64,000 bases of DNA, from contig OZ365118.1 of NCBI GenBank assembly GCA_977030845.1, forward strand, positions 14,694,001-14,758,000, read 5' to 3'. Source of the stretch: Fimbriosthenelais zetlandica (Eukaryota). Position numbers and translations under genes: made by a program. This document shows, piece after piece, positions 1 through 11,900 of this stretch; position 1 is the stretch's first letter, and each line of letters opens with the position of its first letter. The notes beneath the pieces were generated by a model. It ran no database searches. It was not told the DNA's origin and saw only the letters and a program-made list of their open reading frames with translations.

Positions 1-38
1 TTGCTTTATATACTTTTGGGCCACCGTACTTGACCTAC

Positions 39-169
39 ATACGAACTCCAGATGTATGCTGGGGTCAACTCCAGATGCATGTTGAACTCCTGATGCATGC
101 CAATTCCGGGTGCGAAGGGTCTCTCGTTGCTTTTGGGCAGATGGACCAAAGTGCGCGATAGACGTTCTG
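39..169 (-). other. Candidate internal exon of an unidentified gene on the minus strand, running off the window start
   Basis: The minus strand shows a branch-like CTAAT, then TTTTAATCCAG (acceptor) before 169, and a GTAGGT donor after 39. Two of three frames are open across the 131 nt. No recognisable homology. Confidence 0.25.
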
Positions 170-344
170 CTGGATTAAAATTAGTTACTTTATACAATCA
201 CCACCGTTTTATCTAATTTCATTTGCTAAATATAGATTACGAAATTGATTATATACTAATTTTACCATCATTGTATACTAAAATGTTGGCAAATTAATAT
301 GTGTAGAGAGAACTTCAGTCGCGCAGTTCCTCTAGTAATTCAAT

Positions 345-3300
345 ATGTCGGAACTTCAGAGAAAACTCCAGATGAGTGGCTTGCCGCCTCGGCCTTCTGG
401 CATTCCAGGGTGAGAGTTTTTATATTTTATTCTAGTTAACATTAGGAATTGAAAGTAAATGTTCTCAACTATCATCTGAGGTAATATAAAGAGTATTGCT
501 TGTGAATATCGCCTGTTATGGACATTTAAGTTCGGTCCTGTCCTCGCACCAACACTGGCAACAGTCAGTTTATGAGGGTCGGTCGGGAAACACCAGGCAG
601 AGCCTGAGGTAATACCGGTATTTATCTTCCAGGGGTCTTGGAGCAGCAAAGGGAGCAGCCGCCAAGCGTGGGTTTGGTCGAAAGAGGGACTACACGCCTG
701 TTTCATGGGATCAATATTTTGAGAGCAAGAGAGATGTGAAAATTGATGATGCTAATGTATCCTTTAACATTAAGAAATGAGGCTAAGAAAAGAGGATTAT
801 TAATGACATTAATAAACACATTGTCTGTGTAATAGGCTGGACAGAAGATTTGTCTTCACCTGAAAAAATAGTAATTTATTGACTAAGGAACATTGACCAG
901 GTTACGGTACGGTAATTGGTTTGTTATATGTTTGGATATCCCGTACTGCTTTAAGCTCAATATAATGTTAACGGTGTATCTTCCTGACGTGAGGTACAGA
1001 TATTCCGGGTTTATGAACGTGGATCTGAGGGCCCAGTCTGCTTCTTTCTTCACGGTGGTGGTTTCTCCGCGCTTACATGGGCCTGCATATCTGTAAGTGT
1101 CTATACACTGCATCCTATACCCAAACTTACTGCAATTCATCTCATTGATGAAAACAATTATGAATTTCTTCCAATGTTCTATTTCAGAAAATATTGACGG
1201 GTTTAGTGAACTGTCGTTGTGCTGCTGTGGACTTAAGAGGACATGGTAATCTCTTATTTCCAATACTTTCTGTAGGCTACCCGGGACCACTTGCTAAATG
1301 AAAAGAAATTTCCTATTATTCGTTTGAAGTAATATTCGACTGAAGCCAGTCTTTACTCATTCTTCAGGTGACACACAGACTTTAGATGATACAAATCTCT
1401 CAGCTGAGTCCCTTTCAACGTAAGTTAAATTATTTATCTGGCGAACAAGTGAATCAATTTTCTCGCATATAACTTCTCGCATCAACTTAGTTTGGACAGA
1501 CTGTACTACAGTCATGATAATCCATACAATTTTGAATTACAGAGATGTCGGGAACGTGGTGAGGATTATGTATGGAGATGACCCGCCCCCGATCATCCTT
1601 GTCGGTCATAGGTACATGATACTAATATTTCTTATAATGATTAAACCAAATGGGAGTTTTATATTACTGTAACATGCCCTAATGTCTCCCTTTGTTTGCC
1701 TATCTCATTCCATCTTTAATAATTTACATATTGCTGATGTTATGAAAACCTACTGATTGTAGAGATATAATCAGGATAATTCAATAAAAATAAAATTAAA
1801 ATAAAAAAAAATTCTTCAGTATGGGAGGAGCTAAAATTATTTACATATTATATTTGTCAGCATGGGAGGTGCCATAGCTGTGCACACAGCACAGAGGGGC
1901 CTCATTGTGTCCCTCATGGGGCTGGCAGTGATCGATGTAGTAGAAGGCACGGCTCTGGACGCTCTCACCAGCATGCAGAGCTTCCTACGAGGACGACCCC
2001 GCTCATTTAAAACGCTCGAGACAGCCATAGAGTGGTGGTAAATATATATATTTTCACTTAATTATTTAAGATACTCTTATGCATTCATTTTTCTTTTTGC
2101 GACTTGAAAGATATAGTTCATAGTAAGTCCTGGTAGGTTTTGAACAGTTTTTTTGTATTATTTTCAGTGTTAGAACTGGTCAAATACGCAATTTGGAGTC
2201 GGCCAAGGTCTCCATGGTTGGTCAACTTAAGAGGTGAGTGTGTTTGATTATCTCTTTAAAAGGTATCTCATAGTCTCGCAATTTAATTCTATTACCACCT
2301 TAAAATCCCTCAGGAGGTATCGTGCCTAATGTACATGGAAAATATTGAGAAAAATATTTAGAGGAAAAAACAATATTTCAGGAAGAATTCCGAGTTGACA
2401 GCCAGTAAAGAGTTGGATGAGACCCCGACTGAGGCTGAAGTAGCGGGAGTGGTCTCAAATCATGACATGATAGCTGAGGATGAGGAGGAGGGGACAGAAG
2501 GGAGCTCACTTATTAACCAACATACTTCCTCATTCAAACAACCCACAGTATGTACTACATATTACTTTCTTCTGCTATGTTTAAATTGATCTTTGACTGT
2601 ACCAAGTCTCACAATATAAGCCTATCGCTCGACGCCTCCTGTCTGGGATAAGAAAATCTCTCAAATTTAATTTTCTTCTACAGTCTTAAGAGGAAATAAT
2701 CACATTTTTCATCTATTTTTTGTTACAGCAAACAGGAGGAGATGAATACACATGGCGAATAGATCTGTCACAAACAGAGCCTTATTGGAGAAGTAAGTTC
2801 CTAGTTTATAATGCATGACTTTAACAGGCATCTTTATTTATTTCGATTTACTCTTGTTTATTCTTTATTACCAATTTTTACAGGTTGGTTCGAAGGACTA
2901 TCTACGTTGTTCCTGAGTTGTGACGTTTCTAAAATGCTACTGCTCGCAGGTAGGTAACAATTTCTCGCCAATATTTTTACATGTTGAAAATTGAGATTAA
3001 ATGTGTAATTTAATTATAATAATAAAAAATCTGCTTTGCCTCTCATAGCTGTATGTGAAATGAGACTCACATGTTCATTGTCTGTACATTTTAGGAGTTG
3101 ATAGACTGGACAAAGAACTTACAGTGGGACAAATGCAAGGTAAAACATTATTCTAGTCGCGTGAATTTCTGGATTTAGGTGCAGATGCAGGTGGATATTT
3201 TAAATTTTAAAAATTGGACCAATATTTTGCTTTTCCTTTACCGATATTTTCAGGAAAATTCCAGATGCAAGTGCTGCCACAATGCGGCCATGCAGTACAT

Positions 3301-3692
3301 GAAGATAATCCAGACCGGGTAAGATTAAATTCAGATTTAATTAAGATTTACTTCAGAAACAAGTATTAATAATCAAACGCCCCCTACCACCCCAACCCGG
3401 CCCAAGTATAACTTGAGATAAAATAAAATTTTTAAAAAACCAATCCTCAGAAAACTATTTTATTTTTTACAGGTTGCAGAAGTACTAGCAACTTTCATGA
3501 TTCGCCACAAGGTTGCAACAACAAAGGATAATTTTCAACTGTAAGTAAGATATATTTAGATTGATTAGATTAAGAAACTAACCGCATAGAATAAATATGA
3601 ACTGAGGATTGTACGTCACTGATCTGGTGCTCTTACTTACTCAGCTGACTCCCTCTTTCACTTTCTCCTGTAGGACATTCCCAGCCTGTTGA
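345..3692 (+). CDS. PPME1: Protein phosphatase methylesterase 1 (PME-1), about 398 aa, 15 exons: 345-409, 633-756, 1000-1092, 1188-1245, 1368-1419, 1543-1611, 1861-2037, 2168-2233, 2382-2547, 2729-2792, 2884-2949, 3095-3139, 3254-3318, 3473-3540, 3674-3692
   Basis: The spliced translation gives hallmark PME-1 motifs: RKRDYTPVSWDQYF, FLHGGGFSAL, DLRGHG, nucleophile GHSMGG, VIDVVEGTA, YTWRIDL, LLLAGVDRLDKELTVGQMQGKFQMQVLPQCGHAVHED and C-terminal FPAC*. All exon phases are consistent and the total of 1197 nt is divisible by 3. Confidence 0.96.
757..999 (+). other. U12-type (minor spliceosome) GT-AG intron, PPME1 intron 2
   Basis: The 5' splice site is GTATCCTTT. A branch-like TTCCTGAC lies at 981-988, about 12 nt from the AG, and there is no polypyrimidine tract (GTGAGGTACAG). 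Confidence 0.8.
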
Positions 3693-4009
3693 TGGCGAGG
3701 GAATCGCATCATCCTGTCCATCACATCCGATCCTGAATATTATTCATCCCAAGGGAAAAAAACATCCAAGAAAGATAGAGTGGATGTCTTACTAATAAGC
3801 AGATATAAGTTTAATGCATGAAAGGTTCTTTGTTGAATGTTTTTGTTACATGTTTATTTTCTATTTACTGACGTTAGAGGAAAAGGTTACTTGTACACTT
3901 TGTATTAATTTATTAAGCAAGGAAACCAATGTCCTCTTGATTCGATATATGTAATGTATATGAATATATTAGTCAATGTTCTCTCTTTCTTTTGGATGGT
4001 ATGAAATAT

Positions 4010-4015
4010 AATAAA
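4010..4015 (+). terminator. Possible polyadenylation signal for PPME1
   Basis: AATAAA about 320 nt after the stop codon in AT-rich 3' sequence. Not unique or proven. Confidence 0.35.
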
Positions 4016-4403
4016 TTTAAAAAACTACGTAGTACGTAAAAGTGAAACGAAGAACAACAGCTTCATGTAAATGGGTTTGTTATTTCCATTGAATATTTAT
4101 TCATAACTTCTGATTTTGATCCAGATAATATCACTTTTAATGAAACGGACTTCCTGATTATAATAAAATCATTTGTTGATATGACTAAAGACATTAAGGC
4201 ATGTCACTTAGTGATTCAAAAACATCTATAAGGATATCACTTAGGGATTTAAAAACATTTGAAAAAGATTTTAAATATATATCCACATAGTGCATATTAA
4301 ATCATTTAACGATGTCGATGTCGAAAAGGTTCTCCCATACATAAATTAAGGCAATTAATCATTAATTAAGTTATAATAGTTAAAATTCTATTGCTATAAC
4401 AAA

Positions 4404-4760
4404 TGTAATGTGTTTTCACGAAATGAGTCTAAAGTCGCACCGGGCCATTCGGAGCTACATGCCTGAAAGCGTCGTAAACAAACCACTTATCTCTCTCAGC
4501 ATTTTCGCAATAAAGCAGGGATACGATATTTTTACTATTTTTGTGAAAATATTTCTTCAGTTGGACAGAGAATGGTCTGAAAGGAGTATTTTCTGTTATT
4601 TTCTGCAGTTACTACTTTTATTCTTTGAAATTTTATTAAAAATAGAAGTATTTCTCACATCTCCTTGTACTATTCACCATTGAAAATCTGTATACGAATC
4701 TGCAACTAACTCAAAATCCATTTTTGCGACTTTAGACTCATTTCATGAAAACCCGTTACA
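4404..4760. mobile_element. Non-autonomous TIR element (MITE), 357 bp, with 36-bp TIRs and TGT...ACA termini
   Basis: Left TGTAATGTGTTTTCACGAAATGAGTCTAAAGTCGCA versus right TGCGACTTTAGACTCATTTCATGAAAACCCGTTACA: 33/36 complementary. No clear TSD. Confidence 0.65.
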
Positions 4761-5004
4761 AATATGTATCACAGTGTTTAATGTCATATAAAATATGAAC
4801 AAACTAGATGTTTTGCATATAGTAATTTTCCTTGCCATTCTCCAGAATATGAACTCCAATATAGCATTGCACAAAACCATATATTACAATATGTACAGAT
4901 ATAAAATTAAAGCGGCACTATCACCAATCTATGTCAGTTTGACCTCGATTCATGCTGCTTCCTTGACCCAGATTTCATGTTGAGCATTGGCTGGGGAATC
5001 GGCT

Positions 5005-5135
5005 TACTGTATTTGCCAATGTAGAAACCGCACCCCTGGCCGCTCAGGTTAAACCCATATATAAGCCGCTGTTTTGTATAGAAATCTATATAAAAATCGC
5101 TTCCTTATATTAGCCACAGGCCGCGATTTTCTGGA
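5005..5135 (-). mobile_element. Truncated inverted copy of the TA-flanked MITE family at 55494-55664
   Basis: Aligns by eye with the reverse complement of about 55540-55664 (cacccctggccgctcaggtt...ggccgcgatttt). It begins with the TIR variant TACTGTATTTGCC. Confidence 0.7.
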
Positions 5136-5980
5136 AAAAAGCTGCCAACCAATGTGAACTGTGTAGCAGGTATGTACTAAAAGAAATTGAGTAAAAACGA
5201 GGAAAGTATTGGTCAAAGTGCCGCTTGAACCGGAATGGCGTCCTCTCCGAATATGAATTTTAACATGGCATATGGTCACATACGTGTAACATGATGAATG
5301 GCCAGCTTCGCGGGCTCTATTCATGGCGAGGTAACATTTTAGAAAAACAGGTGAAGCAGAATAGACATGCAACTATACCTACATAACAAACTAACTATTA
5401 ACTTCACAGTATACACATGAGTTGCTATATGAAATAGCAGAAAAATTAGACATGAGTTGATGCAAAAAGTATATGTTGCGTAATTTAAAGAAGTACTTTC
5501 ACAGAGTTGGTTGCGAGTACAGACTAATGCATTGCACTGATGAAGAAAAGGCATTGCGAGATCCAAAGATACAATTAGTTGGTGACTGAAATTAAAGTCA
5601 ATTTATAGTAATTAGAAACCAAATTCCAATGAATTGCGTATATGAGTATTATATGGACATCGTTGAGAATGCAAGATGACCTATCACATCAATGAAGTCA
5701 GTAGTACATTTATACATGAAAATATAAAGTAAGATAGCAATGGAAAACATTCTAGACGTTATTACGTTTCTTTAAAGATCTGCAATGTTTAACTCTCCTA
5801 TTTGTATCTGTCTTTCCCGTATCATCTCAATTAGGCCTAATCTTGTGCTCTATCCTGCACCCCCCCCCCCCCCCCTCCCTGTCTCTCTCACTCTACCAAT
5901 CGCCCTGACATTCACTCCATCTTTACACCAGGTATATTTGCGGTAATAATAATTTTTTTAAAAGACATAATCGAAGTGAA

Positions 5981-8900
5981 TCATTGGTAATGGAAGTTGC
6001 CCGCACCCATGCCTTTACTGCTCTGGGAGAAGAAGCCCGCGCCTGTCCGACTCCCGTTTCTGTTGAATGTTTTGCCGGAGGAATAAGGAGCCCAGTCTGT
6101 ACGGTCCTTAGCCATCCATGACGCACGGTTATTCAGTGTAGGGGGCCGTCTTACGCCTCCATTATGAGCCTGAGTAAATTCATGAAAACCCATTGACGCC
6201 ATCCTAAAAAAATAAGCCTTTCATTATCTGTAAACTACAGTAATTAAGACGATTACTTAATGAGGTAATTTCGGCATGTCTATATGTCTTGGAAGCAAGT
6301 TATTTTAAGTATAATAAACGCACGGATGATCCATGAGGTAGGAATGGGGAAGGGGGTTAGATGAGGGTCTAGCCTTGCGCACCTGAACCCCCCTTGTATA
6401 TTATATAATAGATATATATCTCGTATACAAAGGGTCCGACTCAATATGCCACCTAGTAGCCATCCTTGTAAGTTACCTGACAGGCAGAGGCAGCCATTCC
6501 TCACCTGGCCGTATCACCGACCACACAGGGACCTGTGTAACTGAATTTTTTCTTTTGGAATTACCATAAACCAAAAAATGCCACATTGCTCAGGATGCAA
6601 TAGGGACCACCCTCGCCCTTGTGGGACTACTGTGTGTACTTATTGACTTTCAGGACGCCCAGGAAGTGCAGATAACTCGGTGCTATTCCAGAAACAGCTG
6701 GGCGCTCTACCTGCCCGACCTAAAGGAGGAAGGTGACCGGTGGACGGCTGGGTTTGAGGAATCCCCCCCCCCCCAACAGCTACCTTGCCTCTATCATCAC
6801 ATGTAAGTACTGAAGTCAAAGCTTTAATGGATATTACAAAACGTCAACAGTCACAAATCAATCTTCTTATCTGGTAGGCAGTTTATCCAAACTTAATATA
6901 GCTCCACTCCCAGAACGGGTAGATATGGACTTGAAGGAAAGAGCAGGGGGTCTGACGGGGAACGCCCACCCACCCACCCATCAAACCTAGAATATACTGG
7001 TCCCAACCCACGATAGGCTATACTGGCAGCAACCCTTCACTGACCAATGAATTAATACTTACCTAATGGGATGATGATCTGAACTGAATTTATCAGATAT
7101 ACTGTGAGCCACTGGCGGCCCATTCCGTATATAATTTCCAGGAAGTCCATGGCTGTAATATTTTATTTGAGCACCCCTGTGACAAAAATAGGAAATGGTC
7201 ATTAATATATTTAGCTATATATATATATATTTCTTCTTTCGATTGGGTGATAAAGGTGTCTAAAGGTCTGTTCAAATTACAAGCATTTGGTGTGAATAGG
7301 AATATAGTTTCGGACAGCTATCGGAGAGAGAATTGGATTAATGTATTCCAGGCTTTACTCTTATCCGTAACTATATGCCTCATACGTTATCTGCTAAAAT
7401 CTCGCCTACCTTGAATGTTGTTTATAGCAGATAAATGCACCAATTGCTGCGAATGCTATAAGTAGCACACTGCCCACTACAGCCACTATAATGATTATAG
7501 TCCTTAGATCGTCATTATCATCTATCTCTCTGTCAGGAGAAACATAAATTTACGTATCACTTAAAATGCAATTATAAATGTATACAGTACATGTATAAAT
7601 ACGTATATCAGTGCCAATCATATCACGAAACAATTCTGTAGCAAGTATTCCGGAAATATTACTTACTCGCATTCGGGTTCGTCATCGTTTAATTCACACT
7701 TCATATCATCCCCGCATATATCGAACGTATCATAGTATGTGCAACGGTTTTCAATGGACACTGAAAATGAAATGCACAATGTAGCGGCAAAATAATATAT
7801 TATAAGCGTTTGAAAAAACTCAATGTTTATCCTGAAAATTGTTCAAGGGCAAGCTTGGTGGTGTAAAGTCCTAGCCGCCTAACCCCGTGGCAAGCACTCG
7901 CGGGAGTCGTGCTCTATGCCCTTCATAATACTTTCCCTCAATTGCACTTACCCAGTTTTCCATTCTGGACCAGGTGTAGAGCCTTTGTGGTGAAGAAACC
8001 CCGGTCACCCAGAGAAAGATTGAGACCGCGACCAATGATTCCATTAATCTGCTCCACCATACCTGCTCTCTCTGTCGGCGTTAAAGCCATCAGCTCAGGT
8101 ATGGCATACTCTGCAGTTATGTACCCCTCACTCCTTTAATAGAACATATAAATAAATTACGAACTAATTATATAACTTTCATGTATCCATGTATACAATT
8201 CTTAGATCTATCTTTACTTGTGGAAGTAAGTAAAAATATAAAAGTATAGTTTTTCGCTCACCCAAAGTCACAACCCATAAGTGTCAGGTTCGTGTCTTCC
8301 TCCTCAAGTGCAGTCATTAACTGGAAAAGCCAGAGGCCATATTGTAAATTTCACATCGAAATTTTTAAAAAACTCCTCGGGTAGCCTATTTCACTGTCTT
8401 TACTATGTATATACCCAATTTAGTTCGGAGTGCCCCCAGCCAGGGTTAATCGCAACAGGGTAGAACACAGATTTAGGTTTCCACCACTCTTACCTCAGTT
8501 ACTATATCCATGAGGACCTCCTCCTGTGCGTCTAGTCCATCCACATCCAGACTCTCGCTCGTGGCGTTTAATGTTGTCGTCAAAACTAGAATTGAGCGCA
8601 AATTTCAGAGTAACTTCTGAGTAAACATATACCGATTTTGAAAACTTTAAATCACATACCGATTTTGAAAACTTTAAATCACAAAGCGAGGTTTGGATAT
8701 ATGAACTAAGAGAGTTCATACTCTGTTGGTGTTGCTTTGGTTCAAGTTTTACTTACGTAACCGGTCCACGAGACATGGGCATATAAACCCTCCGACTCGA
8801 TCCATGCAATCTCCCACTTCACATTCCACGTCCGCACATTCATCAATATCTTCAAAAGTTATATCCGTAAAATACTTTAACACTTAATTGTAAGCATTAT

Positions 8901-11900
8901 TCCTATCATATTTATCCCATTTAAAACTGGCAAAACTTCAAAGTTTATGTGAGAGACGAGGCACAAAAAGGTACACACTCGCCCCCCCCCCCCCCCAAAA
9001 AAAAAAAAAGAAGAAAATGTTATATTAACTAAAGCATAGGAAGAGATTTTAATAAGCATTGTTAAAAAAAATTTCTGACCTTCGCACATTTCATTTGTTG
9101 TATCATATAGAAAACCTGCTGAACATGCGCACATATAGCTTCCTTCCGTATCAAGGCACGAGCTGCCACCTGAACACAGAGAAGTGTCCCCAATACACTC
9201 ATCTACGTCTGAAATAAAATCACTTTTATTTGGATTGTTCGTACTGAAGTATATAACTTCAAATACATACCGGGACCCCCTGCCCCCTGCCAATTACCTA
9301 GGTGTAAACCTGGAACACAGGTTTTACCTACGTGTAAAGGACTATTAAAATTATTGCTGATCTGTCACATATTTTTTGCAGATCTGTTACAGATCCGCCA
9401 CAGATCTATCCCTTATCTGTCACAGATCTGTCTGAACTGTCACATATCTATTGCCGATCTGTCACATATCTATTGCCGATCTGTCACAGATCTATTCCTG
9501 ATGATGATTTGTCACAGTTTTGTTGCTGCATTGTTGCTGATTTGTCACAGCTTTTTTGCTGCATTGTTGCTGATTTGTCACATATCTGTCGCTCATCTGA
9601 TCTGTCGCAGATGTGTCACAGTGTCAATCCGTCATTTATGATTTACTCCTTCTTGTAATATGCACTTGAATCCTGGATTGTGGGGATTAGTTTGTATAAA
9701 ACGACCAACTGTCTAAAGTGACCACTTCACCCAAGGGTGGTCGCTTTATACGGGTTAACCGTTTGACTGTACTCACTTGCACAAACAGTTCCAACGTAGT
9801 CATAGCCAGGAGCACAATTACACGTGAATCCATTAACCTCATCCACACACGTACTTCCTTGTGGACACACGTCTGAATCACACTCGTCAATTTCTGCCAA
9901 GAAAAAGGAATGTCCATGTGCTTAATGTTTATGCATCTGTCAACGTGCATCCTACCTCCCACCAACCTTAATTGTTAAACCTTTATTAACTGCGACGAAT
10001 TGTTGTCAGACTCAGACTGTGTTGGGAGGAACTTTTTTTTTTATTTTCTATGATAGTGTCTACAAATGATAGTGTCTACAAATGACAACCTCTAGTTGTT
10101 GAAGTCTCTCAGCAATGACTAACCTTCACACTCTTGATCTCCTGTATTATATTCAAAACCTGCATCACACATACACATAAATCCAGGTTCCATATCCACA
10201 CACGTACTCCCATCCAGGCAAGGGGAAGGGGACTCATCACACTCATCTACATCTGGAATTTAATATAAATACACAATAATTAATCGGCATAATTATGTAC
10301 ACAGTTACGGCTGGTCGACCTGGTACCAGCATAATGTGACTGGGTGAGGTATCATATGTTATGTGCCTGCGACATGGTCAGTCCCAGAGCATTGTACTTA
10401 CTTTCACATGCGTTACTGTCACCATTGTATTCTAGTCCATCCACAGTACAGTCACAGGTGTAGCCATCGCTTGTCGTCATACAATCACTCTCATCTGGGC
10501 AACTGTCTGTCTCTGCCAGGCACTCGTCCGTCACTGTTCAAACATATGAGTCATTGGTCAGTTCATGGACAGGGTGAAGGATCGGGTAAGGGGTTGGGGT
10601 TGTCAGGGTGGCAAAGTATGCGGCAAAAGTGGGGAGGGTGCCCCAGACTTGATAGATGGGGAACCCCCCTCCCCTACCTTCCGTGTGGATCTTCCCCTTA
10701 AATTTAGGGAGATTTTAGGGGGCAAATTAGTCTTCGAGGTCACAGTTCATGATACACTTCTTTGCTAAGTCGACCTCCATATAGGCTACATGTGTAAAAC
10801 TTTTCGATATTATTAGGACGCATGAAAAGCCTTTACGTCTGATGAAAAATACTTTGATTATGTTATCTGCAGTACGAGTATTTCCCTTTCAATGATTGAA
10901 TGGCATATTAAATGTGGTCATTGGATGTAGAAGGATTGGATAATGTCTTACCTTCACATACATCATCCTGTGTATTGTATGTGTAACCTGGACTAGTACA
11001 TTCACACTCTTCATTGGTTGTATCATATTGATAACCTGCTTCACACATACACACAAATCCAGGATCCATATCCATACACGTACTGCCATCCAGGCACGGG
11101 GAAGGGGACTCATTACACTCATTTATATCTGAAATTTAATACAATACAATAATAAATTACTGACACAAGTAGGCACTATAAATTTATAAAACAGTCCCAC
11201 TTTAAGCGACCAACTCCTTATAGAGACCTTGTATAGAGCATTGTACTTACTTTCACATGCGTTACTGTCAGCATTGTATTCTAGTCCCACCACAGTACAG
11301 TCACATGTGTGGCCATCGCTTGTCGTCATACAATCACTGTCGTCTGGGCAATTGTCTGTCTCTGCCAGGCACTCGTCGGTCACTGTTCAAACATGAGTCA
11401 TTGGTCAGTTCATGGACAGGGTGAAGGATCCGGTATAGGGGGCTGGGGGTTTAGGGTCAGAGTGGTATAAGGTATGTGGAAAAAGGGAGTTGGGGCTGCA
11501 GCCTTTCTGGTCCAATAATTACTACATATCTTTGCAACAAAATATGCATCTTCCTGAAAGATCGGGAACCCCCCACCCCTACCTTCCTGTGGATCCGCCC
11601 CTTTCAATGATTGAATGGCATATTAAATGTGGTCATTGGATGTAAAAGGATTGGATGATGTCTTACCTTCACATACATCATCCTGTGTATTGTATGTGTA
11701 ACCTGGACTAGTACATTCACACTCATCATTGGTTGTATCATATTGATAACCTGTTTCACACATACACATAAATCCGGGGTCCATATCCATACACGTACTG
11801 CCATCCAGGCACGGGGAAGGGGACTCATTACACTCATTTATATCTGAAATTTAATACAATACAATAATAAATTACTGACACAAGTAGGCACTATAAATTT

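Noticed and set aside
883-2028. ORF-track entries antisense to or overlapping PPME1 exons (e.g. 883-1290, 1837-2028)
   Set aside because: They are shadows of spliced PPME1 exons and read through introns, with no independent protein signal.
6541-6990. Several alternative cytoplasmic exon candidates for the EGF gene (acceptors near 6986, 6952, 6810, 6719)
   Set aside because: Most give stops or wrong phases, and the model closes in frame without them. They cannot be resolved without RNA data.
7847-7921. 75-nt GGGCA...TGCCC segment of tRNA-like length
   Set aside because: There is no TTC T-loop and no consistent anticodon stem.
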